From Octopus bimaculoides (lineage: Eukaryota), in assembly GCF_001194135.2 (NCBI RefSeq), contig NC_068984.1, positions 1,189,241-1,246,490 of the forward strand: DNA of 57,250 nucleotides. The letters are read 5' to 3'. The translations under genes and the position numbers were made by a program. This document shows, in pieces, positions 24,274 to 35,922 of the stretch. Under the pieces are notes generated by a model. That model searched no databases, was not told where the DNA came from, and saw nothing but the letters and a program-made list of their open reading frames with translations. Position 1 is the stretch's first letter, and each line of letters starts with the position of its first letter.

Positions 24274-25752
24274 CGGGGAGGTACCCAAAAGAAACTGGAA
24301 TGAAGGTGGTGAGCTGGCAGAAACGTTAGCACGCCGGCCGAAATGCTTAGCGGTATTTCGTCTGTCCTTACGTTCTGAGTTCAAATTCGATCGAGGTCGA
24401 CTTTGCCTTTCATCCTTTAGGGGTCAACTTAATCCGTTTGTCTGTCCTTGTTTGTCCCCTCTATGTTTAGCCCCTTGTGGGCAATAAAGAAATAAGAAAC
24501 TGGAATTTTGCAATATTATTTCATTCACTTAGTTTTACCTTTTTTTATACTTTAATTGCCTTCAAAGTCTTCTCCATTTGAAGGAATCGGTCCAGGTGCG
24601 TTTTTCACTGTTCAAAAAGTGATGCCGTTTAAGGCTTCTGTCATTTTTCTTCATCGCTTCCACATCTGTAAAACGTTTTCCGTTAAGGACTTTTTTCATT
24701 CGGGGGAATAAAATATATCACAGGGAACAAGGTGGATAAGTGGGGGGTCATGCCCTTTTTAGTTGAAAACTGTCAGGGTGATATGTGCAGGCGCATTGTT
24801 GTGATGAAACCACCACCCTCCTCTTTGCCACAGGTTGGGGCATTTTCATTTCACCGCATTTCACAAATGCTTCAGAACTGCCAAGTAAAATGTCTGGTTA
24901 ACAGTTTGACCAGGAGGAACAAATTCTATGTGAACAATTCCTTTCACATCAATAAAACAAAAGATGCTTCGTCTTGACATTGGACTTCACTTGGCACTCT
25001 TTTTTTGTGGGGCGTGGTGACATCAAATGCTTCCGTTGACTTGACTGCTGTTTCATTTCCGGGTCGTAGCCATAGCAACCAGCTTTTGTTTCTAGTGATG
25101 ACCTTCGAATAAAAGGTCTGCATCAACTTCCAGCTGCTCTTTCAGTTCCCGACATGCATTCAGTCATGCTTTGATCTGCCATGAGCAGGCAAGGCACAAG
25201 TTTTGCTGCAAACTCTTTTCATTTGCAATTCCTCATTCAATATTCATTGGCAGGAGCTCCAGGACACACCAGTCATATCAACAAGTTCATCAACTGTTTG
25301 GTCCTCCAAGATCAGTTCATGAATTTTTGTGATGTTTTCATTCATTCAAGAGGTTGACAGTCACTGTGAACAAGGTTGGTCTTAAAGTGACAAGTGACCA
25401 TTCCTAAAGCATGGAAACCACTCATAAACTTGTGTTTTGCTCATGGCAGTGTCCTTGTGAACTGTTTGAAGCATGACAACAGTTTCAGCTGCTGTTTTCC
25501 CCAGCAGGAAACAGAATTTCATGGAAGTTCACTGCTCCTTCATTTCAACCATCACAAAAAAATCAATGAACAAAAGAGAAGCACTGCAAAACAAAGACAC
25601 ACCACGTGACAGTACAACTCCACACGATGATGCCAGTCAGCAAACTGATGCCTGAGGGTCGCATCAAGTAGCTTCTAGCAGCAGCAGAAGCCTGAACTAC
25701 AATAGGCTTGTCTCACAGAAAACATTTCCAGTTACTTTTGGGTACCCCCTCA
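24274..25752 (-). mobile_element. Mariner (DD34D) DNA transposon, approximately full length, decayed
   Basis: About 27-bp TIRs (CGGGGAGGTACCCAAAAGAAACTGGAA; right end reverse complement TGAGGGGGTACCCAAAAGTAACTGGAA) and TA at the left end. Minus-strand remnants WCYGYDPE-like, KGIVHIEFVPPGQTVNQTFY, FHHNNAPAH, PCDIFLFPRMK. About 1.27 kb excluding the SINE insert. Confidence 0.9.
24302..24493 (+). mobile_element. tRNA-derived SINE 'family C' with a 13-bp target-site duplication
   Basis: GAGCTGGCAGAAACGTTAG (A box)...GAGTTCAAATTC (B box); AAGAAACTGGAAT is repeated at 24289-24301 and 24494-24506. Confidence 0.92.
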
Positions 25753-25760
25753 CAGGTACT

Positions 25761-25763
<3 letters not shown>

Positions 25764-25828
<65 letters not shown>
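25764..25828. repeat. (TA)n microsatellite
   Basis: Directly visible. Confidence 0.97.
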
Positions 25829-25831
<3 letters not shown>

Positions 25832-25849
25832 AGATAACATCATCCACAT

Positions 25850-26430
25850 TTAATGTGCTGAAGGATGACCTCACATCTCTGAGCCTTTCAGAAGAGATGA
25901 CAAAGGACCAAGATATCTGGTACCTTGCTGTTCTCAAGAAGACCCACCCTCCACAGTAGAAGTGTTATGGCCACTCCCCCTGATGAAGAGTATTGGCCAG
26001 TAAGACCCCTGTGCTGGTGCCACATAAAAAGCACTTGTGTGCCAGTGTCACATAAGAGCACTCATGCCAGTGTCACATTAAGAACACCTAATACAGTGTA
26101 TAAAGTGGTTGGCTTTAGGAAGGGCACCCAACTGTAGAAACGAGGCCAAATCAGATTTGGACCCTGATGCAGCTCTCCAACTTGCCAGCTCTGGTAAAAA
26201 CCATCCAACCCATGACAGCATGGAAAACAGATGTTAAAGGTGATGATAATGTTATTCCTTGTTGGCATAGGTTGAATGATCTGACAAGGATCCAATGAGT
26301 TGAGGACTGCATTCTACTCCATCTGTCTGTTGTGGCACGATTTCTACGGCTGGATGCCCTTCCTAATGCCAACCACTTTCCAGTACGTAATGGGTAATTT
26401 GTTTCCTATCACCAGCACCAGTGAGGTCAC
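25850..26430. mobile_element. Two degenerate RTE 3'UTR fragments, + strand (about 25850-26250) then - strand (about 26305-26430)
   Basis: TTAGGAAGGGCACCCAACTGTAGAAAC...CATGGAAAACAGATGTTAAA on +; GGATGCCCTTCCTAATGCCAACCAC, the reverse complement of the same motif, downstream. Confidence 0.75.
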
Positions 26431-26823
26431 CGAGAAACTTGAAAGACAAAGGAAAGGAAAAGGAATGCATTTGGGAGATGGCAAAGTGGTAGCTTTATGC
26501 CAGATATTGAGGGTCTTAAATATGATCGAGGGACAAGCATAGGTGTCTTGATACAAAGGAGATACATGGATACCCCCCACACTGTGTGAGGGTGGATGGG
26601 AGTAGCTGTGATGGAGATAAAGATGGTGGCTGTCTATAGTCTCCCTTTTACTCATTGTCAACGTACAAGAAGCTGAGTAGAAAAGATGAGATATCAACAG
26701 AGGAGACAAACAGAAGGAACTGGAGGCTGGACGAAAAGCTAATGAGCATTTTGTCCAACAGGCTGATGATAATGCCAGCTTTTGCTGTCTTAATAATAAT
26801 GAATAATAATAATAATAATAATA

Positions 26824-27139
26824 AAATACAAAGACCTGGAAATAGAGGTAACTCGAATGTGGAGTCTAAAAACAGAAACAATTCCTATGATAGTAGGTAT
26901 AATACCTTAGGTATAATAAAAAAATATTCAGACAAATACATAAAAAAAAACACCAGGACTTACAAATATATATAACATACAGAAAATTGCACTACTGGGT
27001 ACTGCACACATCCTACGCAAAACACTTTCAATACAGTAACCATAAGAGCACCACAGCAAACCACAGCACATACCCAAGGCACACAGAGCTGCGCTCAGTA
27101 GTGTAGTGAAAGCATGTTATAAAAATAAAACTACTGAAC
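26824..27139 (+). mobile_element. 3' fragment of an RLE (R4/Dong-like) non-LTR retrotransposon flanked by (AAT)n
   Basis: KYKDLEIEVTRMWSLKTETIPMIVG...LGIIKKYSDKYI...QKIALLGTAHILRKTLSIQ* (with frameshifts), homologous to the C-terminus of ORF 41092-41442. (AAT)n on both sides (26791-26823 and 27140-27160). Confidence 0.85.
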
Positions 27140-27319
27140 AATAATAATAATAATAATAATGATGATGACCATGATGATGATATATTCTTTAATTTACCAC
27201 CAGGGCAATGCATAAGGGGGATGATGTGTGTGGAAGTTAACATAGAAAAGAATGATCTAAACAAGAGAAATTTCGTAAATGGTGCACAGAATAAGCAAAA
27301 TCTATCAATAATAATAATT

Positions 27320-27510
27320 TTTCCTAATCTTGCTACAAGTTTAATAAGCTTGGGGGAGAGGGGTGTAAGTCAATTACATTGACCCCAGGACTTGACCGGT
27401 ACTTTTTATTTCGTCGACCCTCAAAGTATAAAAGGCAAAGTTGACCTTGAAATCAGAATTTAAATTGTTGAAAGAAATGCCACAAAGCATCTTGACCCGT
27501 CCAGTAATGA
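27320..27510 (-). mobile_element. SINE family C, degenerate
   Basis: CGACCCTCAAAGTATAAAAGGCAAAGTTGACC...AGCATCTTGACCCG is the reverse complement of the family C body. Confidence 0.7.
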
Positions 27511-28090
27511 ATCTTCCCACCACTTTAGATGATGATGATGATGATGACAATAATGATGATGATAATGATGATATAGGTTTGTTGTTGATAATGATTTTCC
27601 AGACAATGTAAAGAGAATGATGGGAGGAGGAGTTTGTAGCAAGAAAATGTTAAAGGTGAGGCTGCACGATGTAAAGGCTAGCATAAGAAGGGACACACAC
27701 ATATCGTAGCCTGGGAAAAGGGGACACACATTGGGGGGGGGGGGAAGAGGTGCTGCACAACAGGCCCAGGGTGTAGAATATCCTATCACTGGCTCAAAGC
27801 TACTGTGACCATGGCCTTCACTGGCCCGCTGACACAGCTGAAGTTTGAACCCCTAACATCAAAGCAGAATTCCTTTTATCTCAAGAATTCTATCTGGTAT
27901 TATAACCCTAACCCCACTGACACACATAGAAATGAGTGAAATATTTGGGGAAAACAATATAATTACATAAAGATAAAGAAGTGAAACAATGATTAAATAG
28001 AAAATTAGATTAAAGAGAGAGACTATCACTCAATATTCTTTGGTGAAACAACAACAAATGAAGTTAACTCTTCATACATACATACATACA

Positions 28091-28122
<32 letters not shown>

Positions 28123-28325
28123 CACACACACAGATATGACGGCTATTGATGGAGGCTATTGTTTTATCTCTAATGATATGTCCAATATCTGTGTGGTGGA
28201 AATAATCCTATTAGATGTGAGTGTCGCCAATGTCAACTTTTCAGCTCTAAAAGCATTAGATTACTATCAGGAAACTGGAAAAGTAGTTTAGTTAACCTCT
28301 ATCAAGCTATCTATCTATCTATCTA

Positions 28326-28382
<57 letters not shown>

Positions 28383-28424
28383 GATATACATATATATATA
28401 TACACACACGCACACACACACATA

Positions 28425-29613
28425 CAAGGTGCAGTGAATAAATTGTTGTCTAAAGTATGCAAAAATGAAAATAACACTGACATCTCATTTTAACAGATAT
28501 ATTTTACCAAAATTACATAAAATTATCTTGAAGTACTAAAGAGTAAATTTATTCAATAAAATTGCCATTGGCTTCCACCATGGTCTCCAGACGACTTTGG
28601 AATCTCCTGCAGCTCTTCTCGACGGTCTCCTTGTTTAAGTTGGTGAATGCTGCCATAATCCTTGCCTTCAGTTCATCTTTGGTGTTGCAAGGAGTTTTGT
28701 TGGTCTCTCAGTCAAATGCGCCCCACACATAATAATCAAGGGGACTGCAGTCTTGGAAGATGTTAGGGGTGATGTGGTCGCAGAAATTGTCTGACAGCCA
28801 TGACTGAGTTCTCCTGCTTGTGTAACATGGTACAGAGTCCTGTTGCCAGACATAGGGTCTTCCAGCAGCCACTTTCTTGACCCAGGGCAGCATTACCTCC
28901 TCCAGGCACTTGATGTAGGCCTCTGTGTTGAGCCTAAGTCCATGTGGGAAGATGAATGGAGGCATAACATCACAATCACTGGTGATCACTCCAAACACCA
29001 AATTGGTTATTCTGTGGGTTCACCATCTGATCCTGGCAGAAATTTTCTCGTCTGAGAAAAACCAAAGCATGTTCAGTTGGAGGGGATGCTTGAATTTGTT
29101 CAAAAGCTTCATAGTGTGGTCTTTCCTCTTGTCTTTGATAGCTTGGAGTAAAAATTGGCCCTTTCTCATCTTGTATGAGGAATACTGAATGTCTTCATGC
29201 ACCACCTGCCTGATAAGAAACTCGGACACTTCCATGTCAATCATGGCCTGGATCTCACAAACAAATTCAAGAATTCTTTTTTAATCAGAACGATCAGAGT
29301 GAGTTTTCCAAGCTGCCATACCTTTGTAATCACCATTAAACTCCTCTAACTCTTTCCAAATTCTCTGCACTGTTCTCAGATTGACACTCAAACACTCTCA
29401 AATGTTTATATTGAAGCTTCTGGCATGAATGCCAAGCAGCACATCATGTCACTCCCAAATTTCTGGTAGAGTGAGTTGCGTCATGGTGCTGTTTTTCTCA
29501 CAGACAGTGCCCAACTGACCCTACTATACTGTATAGTTGACATAATCAAAAATAAACAATGCGCATGCTCAAAATTAAAAATATTAAATGGCAACAATTT
29601 ACCCGTCATACCT

Positions 29614-29615
<2 letters not shown>
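28425..29615 (-). mobile_element. Tc1/mariner-superfamily transposon, DD37D (maT/Bmmar1-like), approximately full length, decayed
   Basis: Imperfect TIRs CAAGGT..TAAATTGTTG.C at both ends; TA at the left. Transposase remnants WFFSDEK, MVFGVITSDCDVMPPFIFPHGLRLNTEAYIKCLEEV, VWQQDS, DCSPLDYYVWG (third catalytic residue D in PLDY). Confidence 0.88.
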
Positions 29616-29657
<42 letters not shown>

Positions 29658-29660
<3 letters not shown>

Positions 29661-30313
29661 CATCATCATCATCATCGTTTAACGTCTGCTTTCCATGCTA
29701 GCATGGGTTGGACGATTTGACTGAGGATTGGCAAACCAGGTGGCTACACCAGGCTCCAATCTGATTTGGCAGAGTTTCTACAGCTGGATGCCCTTCCTAA
29801 CGCCAACCACTCAGAGAGTGTAGTGGGTGCTTTTACATGCCACTGGCACGAAGGCCAGTCAGGTGGTACTGGCAACGACCACGCTCGAAATGGTGTATTT
29901 TATGTGCCACCCGCACAAGAGCCAGTCCAGGGGCACTGGCAACGATCTCGATTCNNNNNNNNNNNNNNNNNNNNNNNNNNNNNNNNNNNNNNNNNNTATA
30001 TATATATATATATATATATCATCATCATCATCATCGTTTAACGTCTGCTTTCCATGCTAGCATGGGTTGGACGATTTGACTGAGGATTGGCAAACCAGGT
30101 GGCTACACCAGGCTCCAATCTGATTTGGCAGAGTTTCTACAGCTGGATGCCCTTCCTAACGCCAACCACTCAGAGAGTGTAGTGGGTGCTTTTACGTGCC
30201 ACTGGCACGAAGGCCAGTCAGGTGGTACTGGCAACGACCACGCTCGAAATGGTGTATTTTATGTGCCACCCGCACAAGAGCCAGTCCAGGGGCACTGGCA
30301 ACGATCTCGATTC
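29658..30313 (-). mobile_element. RTE LINE 3'UTR fragment, present twice across an assembly gap
   Basis: (CAT)n-CGTTTAACGTC(T)GCTTTCCATGCTAGCATGGG...; 29658-29954 is nearly identical to 30018-30313 (one substitution noticed). Confidence 0.9.
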
Positions 30314-31200
30314 ATATGATTCATGAAGATGAACGGAATGTGCAATAGGAATGGAGGGCTTCAAATTACCATTATGGAGAAGTACAGCTTTTAAACTTCG
30401 TTCTGAAGAGTCAATAAACAAACGCCACTCTGCAGGATTATGATTTGGTGCTAAACATTCGAAACGTCCATCGATGTTATTGCAAAAGCAAAGCAGGCCT
30501 TCAACAGAAAAAATCGTTTGTAAAACTACATTTCTCTGCTGAAAGTAAGTTATTCAAACACCGTGCTCTGGCAGATACTTCTCCTTCGGTCTTGGTGCCA
30601 ACAGTTCTGCTTTGTCTTTAGAGAGGGACGGGTCTGTGACAAGGTCATTCAGTTCAGCTTGGGAACATTTCTGAGGTTCAAAGCTGTCGCCATCAGCCAC
30701 GTAATCTTCCTCAGCAGCACTATCGTGACAGTCAGCATCGTCATCTGATGTTTCAATACCATCATCTGGTAGAATTGGAACTGGCAGACTTCCATTGTGA
30801 GTTACGCAAGCCATTTGAACAAGCTGAGCAGATAAAATGTGGTGCCCATAACTTGTCCTGATCTCCAAGAGGACAGTCAAAGTATAGCTTATAAATCTTC
30901 TTGATCTCTGGTGTTATTGTACGTTTTTGATCTTTCACAATAAATTGTCCACAGACATAACAAAACACATCAGGACGATTTCTACACTGGCTTGACATTG
31001 TTGACATTGTAAAACAAGTCAGGAAATAGATACAAACGGTTATACTTATATTGAATTTGAGTTGATGAAATATTTCATCAGACCAATTATGACTGGACAA
31101 TTTTGTTGTTCTACATATACACAAGAAATATAACACATGGGATGGCCATAGGTGGAATATACATATATTTGATATTACTGAGTTGACCTGAAGCTAAGCA
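30314..31200 (-). mobile_element. Chapaev3-like (CMC) DNA transposon, 5' part, interrupted by the RTE insertion
   Basis: MSSQCRNRPDVFCYVCGQFIVKDQKRTITPEIKKIYKLYFDCPLGDQDKLWAPHFICSAC (Chapa-like Cys/His domain) and LFIDSSERSLKAVLLHNGNLKPSIPIAHSVHL (FIDSS..SLKAVLLH motif). Frameshifted and deleted; family name from recalled motifs. Confidence 0.72.
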
Positions 31201-32639
31201 ACATTCCTATCAAGAAAAACATACATCCTTCAAGCATAGTCATTCTTAGCTATATTTAATAGAAGCCATCAATCAGATCAATGATGCATCTGTCCTCTTT
31301 ATAACATTTCATCTCTGATCACACATGATTATCTTTCTCTCTCTAAAATTACTCTAACCAACTTGATTCTCTAAAACTTATGACTAATATTTCACTCAAG
31401 AAATTAAAAAAAAAAAAAACCTGAATCCCTTCTAGTTGTCACTATTCATACTGTGTTTCTGTCCTTGCCCTCTAATACTCCCTTTCTTATCACCAATATT
31501 TCAAACTTTCTATTAACTCTATCAATCTACTTCCAGAACCTTATGCCTTTTATCATCTTTTAACGTGATAGAAATCTTGCATTGACATTTTAATGGCAGA
31601 GTATAAATAGCAAGAATCATATCCAATTGTAACAAAAAAATTTTTTTAATTTTTTTAAATAACACAAAAAGCTGTGAAAATCCATGTCTACCTGTCGACA
31701 GTTATTCCGATAACTGGCAGCAGAGAAACAGAGAGAGAAATTACATATACGAATAACCTTGACAACAAGCAAACTATGGTTCTATATTGACATACACACA
31801 TATACATACATCATATATATATATATATATATATATTATACATTGTATATATGTATATATACATATGTGTATACATTTCATATGTATATCATATACATGT
31901 GTACATATATACATGTGTGTGTGTATGTGTGTGTGTGTGTAAATGTGTATTGATACAGTTAAACAGTATGTCTGAGATATTAAATAAACTAACAACTTGT
32001 TAGTAATCAATGAAACAAAAACAACTCAGGTCTCTAAAGATAGCAGCATTAAATGGTTTGGCTGATATTTATAGAAACACTAGTATAACTAATAACTGTT
32101 ATTTATTGATTATTATTATTATTATTATTATCATTATTATTTCAAGCAATTGCCAACAACTCCAGATATTTTCATACACATTGATCGATTTTACAAGAGA
32201 CCTAGAGAAGGTAATAAGGTCAACTGAATCTGGCCACCTGGAGTCTATTTAATTACAAAAACTAACACTAAAACAAACCATTCCAAATAAATCAGAGAAT
32301 CAATAACGAGTTAAGGAACTGGATTGTTCTGCAACTGAACATTCAGTTGTCAAATTCTTCTCCTTATTACATTGCACTTTTACGCATGGAACCTTATTAA
32401 GTGTGTTCCAGTCAATATTGCAGGCAATTTATCAATTGCTGCCTTTTAGCCAAGCAGTTTTCTCAAACAGTTTGTGAAATTCTTGGAATAAAAACATTTG
32501 TTAGATCAAAGTGTGAAAGAGGAAACACACACAAAATGGATGCAAAACTGTTCTTTGGAAAAACCATGTTTGACATTAGAAAGTTTATGCAGAGTTTATC
32601 ACATGACTTGACAATTTACTGAGAAGAGCAGAATGTCTG

Positions 32640-32815
32640 TCTTTTAAATGTTTCAGTCTGTAGCCATACTGGAGCACTGCCTTGGAGGATTTAGTCAAAC
32701 AAATTGACCACAGGATTTGTTTAGGTATTTCTTAAGTCTGGTACTTATTCTATTTGGTCTCTTTTTACCAAACCATTAAGTTGCAGAAATATAAACAAAC
32801 CAACATTGGTCGATA
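32640..32815 (-). mobile_element. SINE family A tail fragment
   Basis: ACTGGAGCACTGCCTT...TTTAGTCAAACAAATTGACC...GTACTTATTCTAT is the reverse complement of the family A 3' half. Confidence 0.75.
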
Positions 32816-33049
32816 AAAGTGGAGGAGGAGGAGGAGGAGCAGAAGGAGGAGGAGCAGAAGGAGGAGGAGGGAGAGACACGAACACACACATACACAAACA
32901 GAAAGTTTCCAAAGTCTGCTGCGATTGTACTTCTCTCCCACTCATTTACTACCCCAACCACCCTGTTTCTACCATCATCCTCTTCTTACCCTAGTTCTTC
33001 TGCTCTCCTCGCTCTCCCTCCTTTTCACACTTTTGATCACATTGTCTGG

Positions 33050-34105
33050 CATCATCATCATCATCATCGCATAGTATTGAGAACTCTCTCCTCTAAACAA
33101 CATCCAAACCAACCTCGCCAATGGCTGCCACCACAAAAAAACACATCCAGTAAACTGTGGGTGCTTTTACGTGCCATCGGCATGAAGGCCAGTCATGCGG
33201 TACTGGCAACGATCTCACTCGAATGTCTTTACACGTGCCACCAGCACAAGTGCCAGGAAGGTGACGTTGGTAACGATCAGGCTCAAATGGTGCTATTTAC
33301 GTGCCACCGGCATGGAAGCCAGACAGCTGCTACAGTAAGACTTGTCCAAGGTGCCACTCAGTGGGAATGAACCCGGAACCATGTGGTTGGGAAGCAAGCT
33401 TCGGAAGAGGTAGACCTGGGATGAGGTAGTGAATCACGACCTTCAAACATTAAGCCTCACCGAGGCAATGACTCGTGACCGAGACCTTTGAAAATATGCT
33501 GTGCTTGAGAAGACCCAGCAGGCCAAGTGAGACCATAACCTGTTGGCCTATGTTAGTGGTCTAACCAGCCCATTTAGGCGTACCTGTCTTTCATTGGACA
33601 CTAAACTCTGTTTGTGAAGACCTGTTGAGGCAAGTGAAATCGGAATCAAATTCCATGACAGCACCACATGACTGGCATCTGCACCAGTAGAGCGCTAAGA
33701 GCATCATCCAGGGCCGCTGTGTGGCCCCCATGCCAGTGGCACGAAAAAAGCACCATTCGAGCGTGATCGTTACCAGTGTCACCTTACAGGCACTTGGGCG
33801 GTGGTACGTAGAAAACAACATTCGAGCAAGGGCGTTGCCAGTGCCGCTGGACTGACTCCTGTGCAGGTGACACGTAAAAGCACCATTTGAGCATGGTCGT
33901 TGCCAGTACCATCTGAGTGGCACGTAAAAAGCACCCACTACACTCTTGGAGTGGTCCGCATTAGGGAGGGCATCCAGCTGTAGAAACTCTGCCAGATCAG
34001 ATTGGAGCCTGGTGTAGCCATCTGGCTCACTAGTCCCCAGTCAAACTGTCCAACCCATGCCAGCATGGAAAGCGGACATTAAACGATGATGATGATGATG
34101 ATGAT
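33050..34105. mobile_element. RTE 3'UTR (-, about 33050-33325), SINE A head (-, about 33335-33402) and RTE 3' end (+, about 33405-34105) with (GAT)n tail
   Basis: Shared GGCACGTAAAAAGCACC repeat units in opposite orientations; ends CATGGAAAGCGGACATTAAACGATGATGATG. Confidence 0.85.
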
Positions 34106-34290
34106 ATTATACACACACACACACATGTAGAATCTGCTTCCTGTTAAATAACTCAGATGTGTGCGTATGCACATACAGACACACTCATCTATATACACAT
34201 ACAAATATACATATACCTATGTATCCCTTGTACACAATTCGAATAATCTATTCTTAGTCAAAATGGTAATCTATTCAATGTGCATGTATA

Positions 34291-34344
<54 letters not shown>

Positions 34345-34924
34345 CACATAGGTGCGTGTATAAATACTTACATTTATATACGACATATATGTATGTGTGG
34401 ATGCATGCCTTCGTTATGATGTAACAATTAACTGCTATATTCTACGTCAGAGAATAAATTATTCGTTATCTGATAGGAAAGGAGAAATTGTATAATTATT
34501 TTTTTAATTAGGAATACAGCCTTCAGGCAATCAAAATTAAGTGACTCCACTAACGATGACAACAATGATGCATCGTTAGCAGTGAATGGGATACAGAAGT
34601 GAGGCGAGAAGAATCAAAAACCTGGCACATTTTTGTCAGACAAACACTAAACAATGTCAGCAAATATTGGTAACGGTTGATTCCTCTCCCTTGCATCCTT
34701 GTCTTCTTCATATTCTGGCAGGCAGGAAAGAAAGTGGATGGGTGAAGTGGGTGGAGAGGAGTTGTTTTGTTTTCTTTTTTTGACCACAGGAGGCTGAAAG
34801 AAGTTCTTTGAGAGTCGGTCTAACAGATGGTATTGCCAGGAATGTATAACAAGAGAGAAAGGCAAAAAGATAACGAGAAGGAGTAAGGGAAAGAGAGGGG
34901 GGGTACTTTGACAGAATGATAGAG

Positions 34925-35135
34925 GAAAGACAGAGAGACATAGACACAGAGAGAGAGAGAGAGACACAGAGAGAGACAGACAAATAGACTGACAAAACAG
35001 AGAGCAAGTGAGTGAGAGAGAGAGACAGTGATAGAGAAGGAAAGAGAGAGAGGGGGCAAGCAGGAAGAGGGAGACAGACAGACAGACAGAGCAAGTGAGA
35101 AAGAGGCAACCAGGAATACAGAGAGAGAGAGAAAG
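34925..35135. repeat. (GA)/(GACA) low-complexity tract
   Basis: Directly visible. Confidence 0.9.
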
Positions 35136-35887
35136 AGATTATGTAGTGAATGACTGCGATCAATAAAATGGCCAGAATTGGATGAAAAAAAACCCAAATT
35201 AAAAATGGATGCTATGTGCTTTGAACTACATTCCTAGAATAACATGGTTTGGGGTTCATAAAGCTAAGACACTCATTTCTAACACCACCCAGGTTACAAT
35301 GTAAGTAAGATTCAGGTACAAGTTGATACATTGGATATTTTATATTTCTATAAAGGAAATCACTGGTCTTTGGAGTAATTTTAAGCATTTGATTGGTTCA
35401 TGTGTTGAGTGGAACTGACCAAAGTTCATTCCCTCTCTTCTTGCTCTACAGCAACAACTAAATCTTATCTTATATCCATGATGCAACAATTCAGCACATA
35501 AACAATTCTGTGCAGGACATCTTATTGAATGTAGGTAAAGGTTATTTTGGGGATATGACAAAAGAAGAGGAAAAATTTCAATTATTTATTTAAAAACATG
35601 TAAAGATAAAAAATTGAAAAAGAATTTAAAATGTTAAATTATATTCATTATAGATGTATATAAAAGATAATTATTTATGTAAAAACATGGGTGTGTGTGT
35701 GTGTATATATATGTTTACATTCATTTGCTGGTGTTTGTTTCATGTATATGTATGTTTTTTGTTTGTGTAGAGTTAATCTATTCGATGACTGCTGTGTTTG
35801 TTGGTTGCATGTGTTTTAGACATACAACCAATTCCATGCACTGAATTGGCAGGTGCTGAATTGTCAGGCGATGAATTGTTGGTACTC

Positions 35888-35922
<35 letters not shown>

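Noticed and set aside
29640-30313. About 315-bp tandem duplication of the RTE tail
   Set aside because: Spans an N gap and is nearly identical; most likely haplotype or overlap duplication rather than a real tandem insertion.
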